Shown: positions 25,124 to 39,576 of the stretch, piece by piece
Position numbering within the stretch: position 1 is the first letter of the stretch
Layout: every line of letters begins with the position of its first letter
Source of the DNA: the human T2T-CHM13v2.0 reference genome, Homo sapiens
Reading direction: 5' to 3' (one strand)
DNA: 64,000 nt
Assembly (NCBI RefSeq): GCF_009914755.1
Contig: NC_060939.1
The notes under the pieces: generated by a model
Databases searched by the model: none
The model's input: only the letters and a program-made list of their open reading frames with translations
What the model was told of the DNA's origin: nothing
Position numbers and translations under genes: made by a program

Positions 25124-27799
25124 GTGTAGAGAAACAATGGTAGTGGCAATGGTAAAATATATCATTGCTACCTGCCCACTGGGGATGAGGCTGGCCAGCC
25201 AAGAATGTTTTTAAACAAACTTATCTTAATGACAAAAAGCTGCAAGTAAGACTAATTGCTTTATAATCTTATTACACTGTTATATGACTATTATGATTCA
25301 TAATTCAAGCATGAGATCTGCTGCTTCTCTCCATCACAAAACCAAAATACTATGTTCATGGATGATTAAGATTGACTTATTGGCTTAATGTGATACAAAT
25401 CCTGCCAGTATGACCCCCAAAGGCGTATTTCACACTCATAGTGGGTCTCTGAGGTAGTTATTAATGTATAAAAGTTCCAAGGTCTCCCAGGGACATAGAT
25501 CTTTATCCTGAGAAGTACTTGTAACTGACATTCTAAATGTTCCCTTACATGTGTATTATATCATGATAAGAGGTTTTTGCTTTTGTTTTTATTGCCACTT
25601 AGTTTTGATCAAAACATTCCTCCTTTTTGCATCCCTGTTAACTGAAAAATGACAGTCTTGTGGACCTGAAAGATCATTCTTCTGAAAGATGGGACCAAAT
25701 TCAATTAGATATCAACATTGTAATCAGCTCTGTTTAGCATGAAACCAATGAAATCAATATCCAGGACTGTTGGCAAACAGCAATTATTTCCAGGAGATAC
25801 TTGTTCATATCCGATCATTATATCTCCAGATTTTTTGATGCTATTAAATGAATCCAGTTCATCATCTATGGGTCGTGTACTGTGCATCACACAGTAAGGC
25901 TAGAATTAAGAAGATGAAGAAACTATAGTTGCTCCTGAAAACTTATGCTCTAGTGAGGGAGATTGGAAACTTGCTGTTTTGATGCAATGCAGTAAATGCT
26001 ATAAAAAGAGATGTGGAGAGAGTACTAAGGGAAAATGTAGATGAAGGGAGAAAGGAAAGTAGTAAAGGCCTCCCGGATCTGCACTTTAAAAAATAAACAT
26101 CACATCCCAGTTAAAACAGAATACAACCAACCTAGGTACTTATCCAGTAATAAGCACCACAATAAGTATACCAACCCACCATCGGAAGTCACCCTGAATA
26201 CTTCCCCACACTTCAGGATGGATCTGTCCTGACTCGGTATCAGATTTTTATTCATCACTCTTGAAATCACGAACATACATCTAAGTAAGAGAATCTACTG
26301 CCTCTAATTCTTCAAAGAGGTAAGCAGGTGACTTTCATAAGAGCAGCAAACAGTGAAGACTCTACAAATGGAAATAGAATTCTGGAATCAAAAAGACTCC
26401 TCTCTCCCATGTGGTGTGGGAAATGACACCCATGTTTTTCTTCTCCCATTGAAGGTCTGGGACTGTACCCGTGGGTAAAACAGGCAGTGGGTAGATGGCA
26501 CTACCCTTCTGCTACTAACGGGCAAGCCTGCCTTCTGCTCTCCAGTCTCCACTACCACAAATGCCTGAAAATCTGCCACTTGGGGATGAATTTGATTTTG
26601 AAAATCACCACTGGGAAAATTCTATGGAGTCAACAGATATTTACACCTTAGTGCAGATTTCAGGATAGCCCTTTTTCCTGAAGGGGAGCAGTTGAAGACA
26701 CCCCCAAACTTGGAGAAACCTCTGAGTAACATGCCAGTTTTGATTAGTAGCTTAGTAATTTAACCCATTCAGGACATTTCTTAATCTTGGACAAAGATCA
26801 AATCTTTGAAGAAATCACTGTGGAATGGTTCAATATCATGCCCTTTATTTTAGACTGTGTTATCATCAATATCAACTATGAGCATCAATAGTCTTTGCAG
26901 CAAATCTTTAACCACTTTGTTAAAATGGTTACAGGTAAAATGTTACAGGTAAAATGCCCTGTAACTTCATCTTATTAGTGATTTTTCTAAAACAAATTAT
27001 GCCCAGCATTATCATCTGAGAAATTATTTTCACACACCACTCCTCAAGCTACACATTAACAATTTTAATCTCCTACAACTTCCCTGATTAAGTAATAAGG
27101 CCACAGAATGATATTGCCTAGAAGAAATAGTTTTTAGTACTCTGGACCATTATAATTATTAGCGAATAAAAACACATCTGTGCAAGTTGTAAAGAGAAGC
27201 AGTTTAAGGAGGGACTCCTAAAGGATATCAACATGCAATGTAAAGGTCTATTATGCATTACACATCAATACCATGCAGTGGTCCCATTAATAGAGATACA
27301 ATGTAATTTACCTAGTAATCAAAGTAATCGACCTGGAATTTCTTGCTCAAATAGGTATTACTGCATTATTAGCAAATAACTGAATTTAGATAAATTATAA
27401 ACACAGACAGAAAATAATTTCTCACAAACCACTCTCTGCTCTTTGTTTTCCTCTATTACATGTTTTAAATGACATATTCAACATCTGCTACTGAATCTTT
27501 ACTTTCCATCTTAGAATAAGATGTCTATACAACTTTGGCTAAAAGTGATTACTGCAGTTTAAAAGTTCATGCAAATTTTCAATTACAGTTTTGTGTAACA
27601 TAAAACTTCTAAACTTTCATTATAAAACTAGGGATGATGAGAAAAAAATCTATAAATGTAGAGACAAGATTATTAGTAAGACCAAAGTTCAGGGAAAAAA
27701 ACTTAAGAATATTGCATATCCACACATATCTCAATATCATACTTGTATTTTTAGGTAGGCAAATCAGGTAGAATGTTTCTTTTAATTAAGAGCAGCAGT

Positions 27800-28010
27800 A
27801 AACATTAGACTTGAAGAGACAAAACACACATTCAAATTAAAGGTTTCTTATGTATGTGGCCTTGGGGACATCCCTGGACCTCTTTGTGCCTTCATCTTCT
27901 CATATGCAAAATTAAGGATAATTCTACACACTCTAGCAGGCTGCGATGAGTACTGAATAAACCATCTACACAAAGTAGCTTCTCAGCAGACACTCAATAT
28001 ATCTATGGTG
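27800..28010 (+). mobile_element. MIR
   Basis: tgtgtggccttgggg...acctctttgtgccttcatcttctcatatgcaaaatt core. Confidence 0.75.
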
Positions 28011-28477
28011 AGTGTTGAATGCTGAGCTTGTACACCTCTACAGCCCCCAACAGGTCCAACAGATCTTTAGGTGTGCTTTTCATACTGAAATTCTCCCTTT
28101 CCATACATATGTTTTGTTCAAGACCACTTAATTCACTGGCATAATAAAGAGCTTAATCCTTACCCTTACAGAAGAAAGTTCTCCCCTTTTTATCCTGATG
28201 CCAACTGGTAATTATGTATACACTCATAACTGAGTACCACCAAATTAGCAAATAACTGAATTTAGGTAAACTTGGACTGACAAACATTGCCGAATATCAT
28301 GCATAGATTCAGGGCCGCTGTCTTGTCATCCTAGGGACCTTCCCAATGACAAATGAGAAATCCCCTCAAAGCTCAGCAACATTCAGGAAGTAGCCATGCA
28401 GACCCAATGTCTGTGCAAATTAGTAACAGCTTTAGGTACCAGCATGTCTTTACGTAAATGATTTTAAAAACCATTAC

Positions 28478-28573
28478 CTCTTTCACACTGGGGTCCAGTA
28501 AATCCGTAAGTGCATGCACATCGATTTGGGGCCACACACCTTCCTCCATTGAGACAGCCACTTTCACAAACAG
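28478..28573 (-). CDS. FBN1: FBN1 exon 6 (c.443-538), EGF-like 3: (P)[31 protein letters not shown](D)
   Basis: Acceptor ctctctccttattttacag|CT, donor AGAG|gtaatg, 96 nt, phase 1-1, CxNGGxC...CxCxxGFTGxxCE motif. Confidence 0.98.
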
Positions 28574-29407
28574 CTGTAAAATAAGGAGAGAGCTGAGACG
28601 CTTTACCTGAAAATAAATGCTAATGAAGTAACACTTGTGGTCCTCTGGAAGGACAACAATAAAATGTCTAAAGTCACCCTGGTGTTTGTTTTGGACGGTC
28701 ACTCTACAGTTACACATACTCAGATATTCCTCAGTCCACTCTTAGGTAAAGCTGCCTGGAATAGATGAGTTTGTATCTATGTTAATGCTGATGGTCTCAT
28801 TCCGTGAAGCATCTGAGCAATGCTTTCAGTTTAACCTCGAAAACAGTGGTTTCTAAGAGATGTCACTGAATGGGAACTGTGTGTTAGCAAAGACTCTTTT
28901 GCTTATGATTTACGTTTAATTGCAACAGGGCTCCCATGAGGGGAAATATCAGCCCCTCTGATGTCACCATTACAGAAATGTAGCAAGTTCAATTGCACAA
29001 TTAACTGCAAACAACAAAATACTACTAATGATCTTCAGTAATTTAAGTACCATAATGAAAATCCAATTGAGAGTTATAACAGAACTTACGGAAACTATTG
29101 GTGCAGTAAATCTAGAGATGCTTCAGGGCAGGATATTTTGCTTGTTAGAAATGACATTAAAATAAGAATTGAAAGTTCATGTGCTGAACAACTCCTCTTT
29201 GTACAAGTTCCTGTAACTCGTGCATGCATGGGCTCTTTCTAGGCATCTTCGTCATGCGTGGCAGGCTCTTCTCTGCCAAATATGTCAGTTCCACCCACTC
29301 TTCAAAGCCCAGCTGAAATCTTACTGCTCCATGAGGCTCCCCCAAAACCTCCATTCAAATTCCTTGCTCCTTATATATTTTCTATACATTTTTCCATACA
29401 TTACCCT

Positions 29408-29871
29408 ATAGCAGCCATGAAGTTGAGCCACTCATACTTTCCCTCAAGAGAATCTCCTGCAAGTTTAGCTGGCAGACCACTTCCAGCTGCTGTACCTTCA
29501 GATCTGCTGCAATGTTCATGTCAAGGGCAGGCTCACAGCCAATGACTAAACACAGCATTAGGATACTAAAGCCTGGCTATTTCCACCCATCATGGAACTC
29601 TTTGATGGGCACTTTTTGCCCTGGGTTCTCCATCAACCTGGCTATGGCTTTTTGGAGCTGCACTACAGGCTGAAGTTCCTTCTATGCAATTGTCCTTCCT
29701 TCCCTCCCTCCTTGCACAGGATCAGACAGGCATCATGGTCTGAAGACCATTCCCTCCTACTTCTGCTTCCTCTTTCCTTTATTCTTCACGGGTCTTTTCC
29801 CCAATAAATTCTCTTTTATGTCTAATTCTGTCTTGATATTTTCTTGGCATAAGAGGACCTGAACTGACACA
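29408..29871 (+). mobile_element. LTR16A-like ERVL solo LTR
   Basis: cacagccaatgact; 3' end ccaataaattctc...tctaattctgtcttg...gaggacctgaactgacaca. Confidence 0.75.
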
Positions 29872-30329
29872 ACCCTTTTTAACCAAAAATTATGGCAGGA
29901 GGCCATTACTCATCATATAACCAGAGAGGTTTATGTAAATTAATTGTCTTCTTTGCCTCTTGATTTATAGTCAGGGAGAATGAAGAGCTTCTAAACAGAA
30001 AAGAAATTTTGAGCTTGCCTAAGCCAACCCTCCCAGATTACAGATGAGGAAGCTGAAGTTTAGGAAAAGTTTTCTAATTCTGCCAGTGTTAATTAAGCAC
30101 TTGTGTGTTGGGCATTGGGCTAAACTCCCTCAGGGAGCACCAAGGGGAGCAGAAGAGATGCCCAGCAGCCCCTCCTGATTCTCCTGGAATGCCTTGGGAT
30201 CCAGCCCCATCTCGCCATCTCCACAGCCATAGCCTTAGTTAGGACTTGTCTTCCTGCTCCTGTTTTGTCCTCCTCCAGTTGCGCTTCCACACTGTGATCT
30301 TTCTCACTGTAAACCTTCGTAAGTGAAGG

Positions 30330-30600
30330 GTAATAAGGTTGGTATTTCACAAGAGTAAACACATGGGCTATGGAGTCAGACTGCTTGGGTTCCAACCCCA
30401 ACTCTGCCGATTACCATCTATATACCCTTAGAGGAACTACTGAGGTCCCTGTGTTCCAGTTCCCTCATCTGCCAGAGGGTAACATTTATGTCCTCTAATA
30501 CAAAGAGTTGTTGTCATATTAAATGAGTTAACACACATAGAGTTCTAAAATGTGCCTAGCACACAGTAAGCACAGAGTAACTGAAAAGATGTAGGTTATT
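30330..30600 (+). mobile_element. MIR
   Basis: tggagtcagactgcttgggttccaaccccaactctgcc...ttaaatgagttaa...gcctagcacacagtaagcac. Confidence 0.85.
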
Positions 30601-30998
30601 GATGTTGTTAGTGTTGTTTATTGTTGTGGTCTCACTCTTCTTTCCTAGCCCTACTTTGGAAGAAAACATAGTATGTATAAAGGCATCAAAACCTGGCCCA
30701 TGACATCCTATCTGACCTTACTTCCTTTCCCCTCACTCTCCTCTGCATTTAAGCTCTAGCAACACCAAAGCACTTGCTATGTCCCACATCCCTTGCTGTG
30801 TCTTGTGCTGGTGCTTTGGTCATGCTCTACCATCTGCCCAAAAAGGTCCATTCCCCATCACCTGACAGGTAAGCTCCTACCCATCCCTCAAGACTCAGCC
30901 CAAGGATCACCCACACTGCGGAGGCTGCCTCTCCTCTCTCCAGGCTGGGCTACACAAAACTCAACCAATATTCTTCTCCCACTGCAGTGTGTGGATGG

Positions 30999-31342
30999 TG
31001 ATACAGTTTGGCTGTGTCACCACCCAAATCTCATCTTGAATTCTCATATGTTGTGGGAGGTGGGAAGTAATTGAATCATGGGGGCAGGTCTCTTTCCCAT
31101 GCTGTTCCCATAACAGTAAGTCTCACAAGATCTGATGGTTATCATAAGGGGGAGTTTTCCTGCACAAGCTCTTTCTGCCTGCTGCCATCCATGTAAGACG
31201 TGACTTGTTGCTCCCTGCCTTCCACCATGATTATGAAGCCTCCCCAGCCATGTGGAACTGTAAGTCCAATAAACCTCTTTCTTTTATAAATTGGCCAGTC
31301 TTGGGTATGTCTTTATCAGCAGCATGAAAACAGACTAACACA
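30999..31342 (+). mobile_element. THE1 (THE1B-like) MaLR solo LTR
   Basis: TG...CA termini (tgatacagtttggctgtgtc ... cagactaacaca); 5-bp TSD gatgg at 30994-30998 and 31343-31347. Confidence 0.92.
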
Positions 31343-32333
31343 GATGGTCACTAGGGCATTCTCTACATTTTTGTTTATTTATAATAACATTATTAATCCT
31401 AATAAATATATACACAAAAGCAAAAATTAGAAACGCCCTGAATAACGCCCACCATTGAGGATTCATTAAATAAACAGTCAAACATCCAGGTAATAGAGTA
31501 CTAGGCAACCATTAAAATGTATTTTAAAATGTGTAATGAGCATACTTTGAATAAAGTATTAAGTGAAAAAGTGGTACAAAAACTATATATACAGTAAGAA
31601 CTCATGTACCAAATATGCATTACAAGTCTAGAAGATACTATCTGGAATGATGAAATCACGAATAATTTTACTTTTTGTATTTTTAAACTTTTCCAAATTT
31701 TCTGTAGGGTATATATGCTCATCTTAAAGTAACAAAAAAAAAAAACAAGGTTTTTAAAAAGAATGTTCGTCTTCTGCAAAGCACAGGGACTGGTAGAAAG
31801 TAGATACAATAAATGGTGTGTGCAAATGAACCTTCAAACTGAACACCATGTGATAAGTACTTCGGTAGCAGAATCTAGATTAGGAAATGAGAGGGATGCA
31901 GATACCACCAATCAAGATAAAGGACATGTTTAGAGAGAATGATGAGGCTGAGTTTTGAAATACTTTATTTGAGATGCTTCCTGAAAATCCAAGTGTTGAA
32001 GTTCAGCAAGTGGGTGGAAGGTATGTGTCTGGAATGAACAAGAATTCTGCTCCTTTGGTGGTGACTAGAAATCAAGGAGATCAGGCAAGCAAGGTGGTGA
32101 AGGTAAATGAGAGGAAAATGAATCAAACAACCTGTAACCAATCAAGGTTCCAATTGGAAATTTGGTGTTAAGTTTTTTGAGTAAGTGATTTGTTCATCTG
32201 TAAAGGTCACTGGACACTTGTAAACATGCTGTGTCCCAGGTAATCGAAGAAAATCCATCAGCACTTATCTCTTTATTCTACTTGTCTACAAACAGGTTAA
32301 CATCTAGAATACTTATAACTACAGTGTACTTAC

Positions 32334-32429
32334 GTTGTCCACAGTGAGTCCCTATGTATCCTTTCTGGCATAGACAGTGATCGTCACTGCAGCTACCTCC
32401 ATTCATACAGCGAATATTGCAGTGTTGTA
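32334..32429 (-). CDS. FBN1: FBN1 exon 5 (c.347-442), EGF-like 2: (I)[31 protein letters not shown](P)
   Basis: Acceptor ttcttcttcttttttttcaag|TA, donor CAAC|gtaagt, 96 nt, phase 1-1, six Cys. Confidence 0.98.
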
Positions 32430-32616
32430 CTTGAAAAAAAAGAAGAAGAATTCACTTTTGCAACTTAAATGCATAGATTGCAACAGCTCACAGGAGTTGA
32501 TTTGTAGTTATTTGAAGAGAAAATCAAATAGCTTATCAGGATTCATCTATTTTTACCTGATAATGACCTAATTGAGAATGCTAAACATATTATTTGTGTG
32601 TGTAAAATCATTTACC

Positions 32617-32912
<296 letters not shown>

Positions 32913-35900
32913 TTACCATGCAATGCAATTGTTTCTCTGGCATTCACTTTAATAGTGCTAAATGACTTCTTTAATTTAACAGAAATTACAACTCAATGTC
33001 ATTTCTGTAATTTATACCAACAAGAAAGTATTGCCTTGAGTAACCATATGAGACAAGATTATGATGGCAATAATTTTCCCGTGAAAAGATTTAGAATCCC
33101 AGGTAGATGGCACAGGGGAACAGTTAAGAGTAGCAAATTCCAAAGAATTTTGTTAAAAGAAATTTTAGAGGCAGAATAGAGAAAAAAGAAAATACCTACA
33201 AAGACATTTAATAACAACACTGCCTGACGACAGGGACAGCTGGATTTGCCTGAGAAAGAGCTGCTTGTTTAAACTGTAACCTCAAACTAAATAAGATCCT
33301 CATTTTCACCTACAGAAGTGTTCATTTCGGGGCCCAGGGTAGAAAGACCATGGGCTGACAGCCTTAGACCCCAGACAATGAGACACTCAGAGAAGCTGGA
33401 GTAAAAGACAGCCACGGGCTCATAGTGAGCAATGACAACAGCGCAGGCAAGTGCTCTCATTTCTCCAGTGTTCAGGCTATCTCTAGGTCAGTAATTTAGG
33501 AATGCTAATAGCACTTTCAAAATCCTAGGCTATTTCCTAGTCCAAAGCTTGATTGAATTAACCACTAATCCTTGTTGATACCTGCCTACACATGGAGGCC
33601 AGGATTGGGCTTTGGAGGTTTGGCTTATTCTGTCTGGTCCTCCAAGTTGTGGAAGTAAATTCTCAGAGAAGAAGGTTCGATAATTTTAGCTAAGGAGAAG
33701 AGAATATCTTCTTTCTACACAAAAGCAGAAATCTGCTGTTTATGCTCACTCTTCCTGAAGCACAGGGGCCAAATCTTCTCTTCAGAGCAAATAGAAGATT
33801 CCTCCCAACAGCCACCCTGTCCATTACCCCTTGTTAGGAATCCTCAGCCACGGTATTGAAAAGTGGCTACTTGACTTCAGGAGAAAGGGACAATTTTTAT
33901 AAGGAGCTACACAAATCTCAGCCTGCCAACAGGGAAGGAAAGTGCAGAACCCACTATCTTCTATACCCTTCCTTTTACAGCACAAAGAAGTTAGGTTGAG
34001 TTGAAAGTTAAATGCCTTTTCAACAACATGCCACACACTGAAACACCATCAAAGGCCTGTTTCTACTGAACTAGAGCCACCTCCATCTCTCCACATTCAC
34101 GGTCCCCTCAGCATGGCCCCAGGTATCTTTCGAGGCTCCTTGGCACATGCCCACTATGTCCTATGACTCCATCCCCTGATCTACTTATCAGTCATTCATT
34201 CACTCAATGAACATTTCTGAGTGCCTACTATGTGCCATGCAAAACACCCGGCACTTTCCTTGTCCTAGTCCCTCTGTAGAACCCTCTCTCTTACCTGCCT
34301 CTTTGTCTCCTTGCCCCTAACTCCTAAACCCCAACACAACACACACACAGTTCTCCCCCAAACCTGAAATCCTATCTATCTCCAAAACCCATTTCAAATA
34401 TTGCTTCCTTCCGCTAATCTTTTCTGATATCTCCCAAACCAAATGTGAGCCCTCTCTCCTTTCCAATTACTTCATATTTCTCTTTTGAAGCATATATTAT
34501 ATAATCCAGCCTATTTTTACTTATTTTGCCCCATCTCATTTGTTTAAAAACTTCTTCAGAGTGGGGAGTGGGAGAGCATTAATTATGCAATACCTCTTAA
34601 GTGCCTAGAGTAGCACCTTGCTTTATATGTAAGTGCTGTATAAAACTGTGCTAAATTAATTTTTATTTACTTAACTCATGCTGCCTGATGATGACATCAA
34701 AAGCCATGCCCAAAGACCAAACTGAGACTTAGAAGTTGTCCATTGTGTCCGAGGCACTTATACAGCCCTACTAAGTAGGTTGCTATTAAAAATATTTTTA
34801 TCTTTGTTTCCCCATGTATGAATGCAGAAATAACTCCTTTGTTGGAGTAATGAAATCAAGCAACCCCGGAAACTGATTGCAGTTATTTTAGGCTCTTATG
34901 ATTCCGTTAAAACATCTCAGCCAAGATGCTTTTTTAACTAAAAATCTGTCTATACGTATACAAAGAAAAAAAATGATTTAGTGAAAACTTTGAATAATAT
35001 TCTAAGTAGGTCATGAAAAGGTGTATAGTTGCTTTAAATTTGAAGTTAAACTTAGCTTCATCCTATCTTAGAAAAACAGTGAGGATTGGGAAAAGCACAG
35101 GAAATGATGTCATCTGTCAAGCAGCATAGGAACTCAGCCTTCAAACTGATTTCAATTAAAGCAGTTCATGCCAAGAGCTAATTTCCATTCCCACATGAGC
35201 AACAAAGCCATTTAACTACTTTGAGATAAAAAAGCTAACAGTAGTTTAGTGACTTTACATTATTTGTTCAAGTTGAAAATCAGAATGAATTCTTCTTTCT
35301 GGCAAGAATGGTAAGTTTACAATTAAATGCAATATAATAAAAAATCTCCCTGATATATATTTTTTACCCTGTCTTTCAGGCAAACCTTTTCCAGCATAAA
35401 ATATTCTTTCTTTAAAAAATAAAAGCACTCATTCAGACTTGTGAAACAAGAAGACATCAAGGAACCATATGCATGAATCCTTGGGGGAAGCCAGGAGGAG
35501 GCAGGCTCAGCACAGGTAATAGGCTCTGAATCACTTGCTTTGCCACCGTGTTAACCATGGGAAACTGTATTCGTTGTGAGTCTTAGATCTTTAGTGGGGA
35601 ATAAAGCATTCCGATAAAGGTGGGAGCAGTCGCTCAGGATTTCTGTGGGGAAGTGAAAGAACTAGATACGTAGTTTCACTGTACACGCAGGAAATAGTTT
35701 ACAGAGAATATATACCGAAATTGGTTTTATTTTGGATTCAGTCCTGCCATTGATGCATATTCTAAATTTATACTGATTTGAACAAGAATTCTAGATGTAT
35801 CATAATTAGGAGACCAAGTTCTACGTCTCTTAAAAAAGCCAACTGAAACCTAGGGGTTCCTCCTACACCCATAATGATGCTGTATTCTTTACTGGATGCA

Positions 35901-37424
35901 CTAAGTACCCCAAGTCAGAAGATATTCCTAAACTCAATCTGTGTTAAGATTTTACTAGAAATTGAAAACACTAGGGGAATCAAAGTGCACAGATCCAGCC
36001 ATATGCAGTGAACCCTGAGTGTCCTAGGGTCCCAGTGAGGACCTGCCCTTGAAGACGAGCAGACAGCCGTAAAGGGTTTCATGTAAGGCTCAATAACCCA
36101 GAGCTAACAGAAAATGTTGCCATCTCCCCATATCCATAAAAGATCCCAAATTAATTTTGTGTTCATATCAGATGTCAGTCAGTCATTTCAGTCATTCAAC
36201 AGTGACTTACTGAACGTCTTTCATTTGGCAGCATTGGCCAGAAAGAGCAGAAGAAATTTTCTTTAGATTACAGCCCAGCACAGATTAGTTCTTAAATGAT
36301 TCATCAGAAAAGAACAATGTGAGCACGCTATGGGAATGAGAGAGAGGCAGGGCTGGCACCTGGATCTCAATACCTCAGGTAATGATTTTCTTTGGGATGC
36401 ATTAGGTTTGGAATGATTCTAAAGACCTGCCATCATCTTGGCAGGCACAACTGGCAGGAAGAACACTGGGAGCAATTTGCACATAAGCATTTGTATGACG
36501 AACATGTGATTTTAATTTAGGTACTAGGAAAAGCACAGACAGACAAATTAAACAGCTAGACTAACTTCTGGACTCTACACCTGAGACAAGAGTCCACAGG
36601 GACAATCAGAGTCACTGCAGGATAAAAACAATTTTCATTTAGAGGGATAACAGCAATGGCATTTCCCTTAAGTGAACAGATGTCTGGGGATGCCTAAAGA
36701 CACACAGCTTGGAAGAGAAACTTCACTAAAATTCTCAAACAAACAAATAAACAAACAAAATCTAGCCAAGCTGGAAAAGCTGTAGAGAAGGACAAGTTAA
36801 ATGACAGTAGTGATAAAGGTGCTTCCATAAAGGGTGGAGTAGAAAGCAAAGAGTTCAACCATTTCTAAGGACAAGTCTGAGTAGATTCCATGCATGCTTC
36901 TCCTCCCAGTCCATATAAATCCCACACTTCCCTGAAAAGCTTTTTCAAGGAGGACTTCTTCCAGACTGGCTAAAGCACCACCTTCCCTTCCTCTGAATGT
37001 CCCCACACTTTCAGGATGGTTGCACCATACTCCCTCAAACTTGCTAACACACTGGTCTAGAATTGTTCTGCTGGCCTTCTTACACCCTTAGAGCTCAGAT
37101 TTGCATTGGGAGTACAAATGCCCCAAACTCTTGCTCCCAGCTGATTAAAGCCCCTTCCTAAAACCGGTGTCCGAGAGGTTTTGTCTGCGACTGGTCCTGC
37201 TGACACTCTCATTGAATTGAAGTAAATTAAATGAGAAAATGTGATCAAACTATAAGGGGTTTGAAAAGTGTAAAGGGCCCCAAATTGATATACAGGTTTG
37301 ATGCAATTCCTATCAAAATCCTAAAAGGTTTTGTAAATATAGACAAGATTAATCTACAGTTTTTACAGAAAAGAACTAGAATAGCTAAAACAAAAAAAGG
37401 ATAAAGTGGGGAAGATCTGCCTAC

Positions 37425-37478
37425 CCATCTGGGTGGCAGAGCAAGACCCTGTCTCAAAGAATAAGTAAATAAAAATAA
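37425..37478 (+). mobile_element. Alu 3'-terminal fragment (AluJ/FLAM-like)
   Basis: ctgggtggcagagcaagaccctgtctcaaa plus A-rich tail. Confidence 0.8.
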
Positions 37479-37769
37479 AACTATGAAACCATCAGAAAAA
37501 AGTTGGAGAAAATCTTCAGAATCTAGGAGTAGACAAAGCATTCCTAGACTTGACAATGAAAGCATGATCCAGTAAAGGGAAAACTGATAAGTTAGACTTA
37601 CTCAAATTTGAAAACATTTGCTCTATGAAAGATCCCATTAAAAATATTAAAAAGCAAGCTACAGAGTGTGATAAAATGCCTGCAAATAACATATCTGATA
37701 AACAGCTAGTATTTAGAGTATACAAAGAATTCTCAAAACTCAACAATGAAATAACAAACAATTCAATTA

Positions 37770-38090
<321 letters not shown>

Positions 38091-38968
38091 ATAAGAATCT
38101 GGACAAAAGATATAAAGAGACCTTTCACTGAAAAAGATATACAGGTGGCAATAAGCACATAAAAAGATGTTTGACATCACTATCCAATAGGGAAATGCAA
38201 ATTGAAACCACAGTAAGAGATGACTACACAGCAATCAGAATAGCTAAAATAAAAAATAAAGACAACACCAAAAGCTGGTAAGGATGCAGAGAAACTGGGT
38301 CATTCATACACTGCTGGTGAGAATGCAAAATGGTACATACGGCGACTCCAAAAACAGTTTGACAGTTCTTAAAATGCTAAACATGAAACTATCATACAAC
38401 TTAGAAATTGCATTTCTGTGTATTTATCCCAGAGAACATAAGATTTGTGTTCACACCACAAACTTGTACACAAATGTTCATAGCAGCTTAGTTCAAATAA
38501 TAAAGAAAAAAAAACTGATGACAACTCAGATGCCCTTCAATAGGTGAATGGCCAAACAAACTTGTGGTACATCCATAGCATGTACTACTACTCAGCAATA
38601 AAAGATAACAAGCTGTTCATACTGCAACAACCTAGATGACTCTCCAGAGAATTCTGATGAGTGAAAAAAGCCACTTCCAAAAGGTTACATATTCTGTGAT
38701 TCCATTTATATAACATTTGTGAAATGAAAAAATTATAGAAATGTAGAACAGATTAGTGGTTGTCAGAATTAAAGAGAGAATTATGTCGGGAAGAAAATGA
38801 CAATAAAAGGGTAACATCAGCGCTCTTTGTGGTGATGGAAATGTTCTGCATCTTAACTGTATTGATTTTGTGATATCCTGGTTCTGCTCTTGTACTATAG
38901 TCTTGCAAGATGTCACAATGGGGAAAACTAAATAAAGAATACCCAGGATATTTCTGATTTCTTACAAC

Positions 38969-39328
38969 TGCCATGGTTGGAATGTTCCTTCCAAAACTCA
39001 TGTTGAAATTTAATTATCATTGTGATGGTATTAAGAGGTGGAACCTTTAAGACGTGATAAGGTCATGAGGGCTTTGCCCTCATAAATGGATTTATGCCAT
39101 TATCTCAGGAGTGGGTTGGTCATCTCGGGAGTTCAGCCCCATTTTCTGTCTGTCTCTCATACTTGCTCCCCATGTGATGCCTTCCACCATGGGATGGCCC
39201 TCTATAGACATTGGTGCCATGCTCTGGACTTCCCAGCCTCCAGAACCACGAGCCAAATAAACTTTTGTTGTTTATAAGTTATCCAGTCTGTGGTATACTG
39301 TTATAGCAGCAGAAAACAGACTAAGGCA
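38969..39328 (+). mobile_element. MST-family MaLR solo LTR nested in L1MC1
   Basis: tgccatggttggaatg...ggacttcccagcctccagaac...gttatagcagcagaaaacagactaaggca. Confidence 0.88.
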
Positions 39329-39576
39329 ACTGTTTGTAAATCTACAATTATCTCAGAATATGAAGTTTAATTTTTAGCATTCTTAAAGTGTAAAGAGTAA
39401 AACAGAATGAGAAGATTTCAAAATTACAAAATATAAACTGTAGGAATTACAAAATAGAAAATACAAAATTACAAAATATAAACTATAGGAAACAACTTTT
39501 ATCATGTATCATATATAATTATATATATAATTAGACAATTATATATATACACATACATATACATATATATATATAT

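Noticed and set aside
25705-25890. 61-aa ORF with protein-like composition
   Set aside because: I could not match it to any family, and it is short enough to arise by chance; a tblastn or Dfam search would settle it
28373-28717. 114-aa minus-strand ORF overlapping exon 6
   Set aside because: It reads exon 6 in the wrong frame; the real frame gives the EGF3 Cys pattern and is bounded by splice sites
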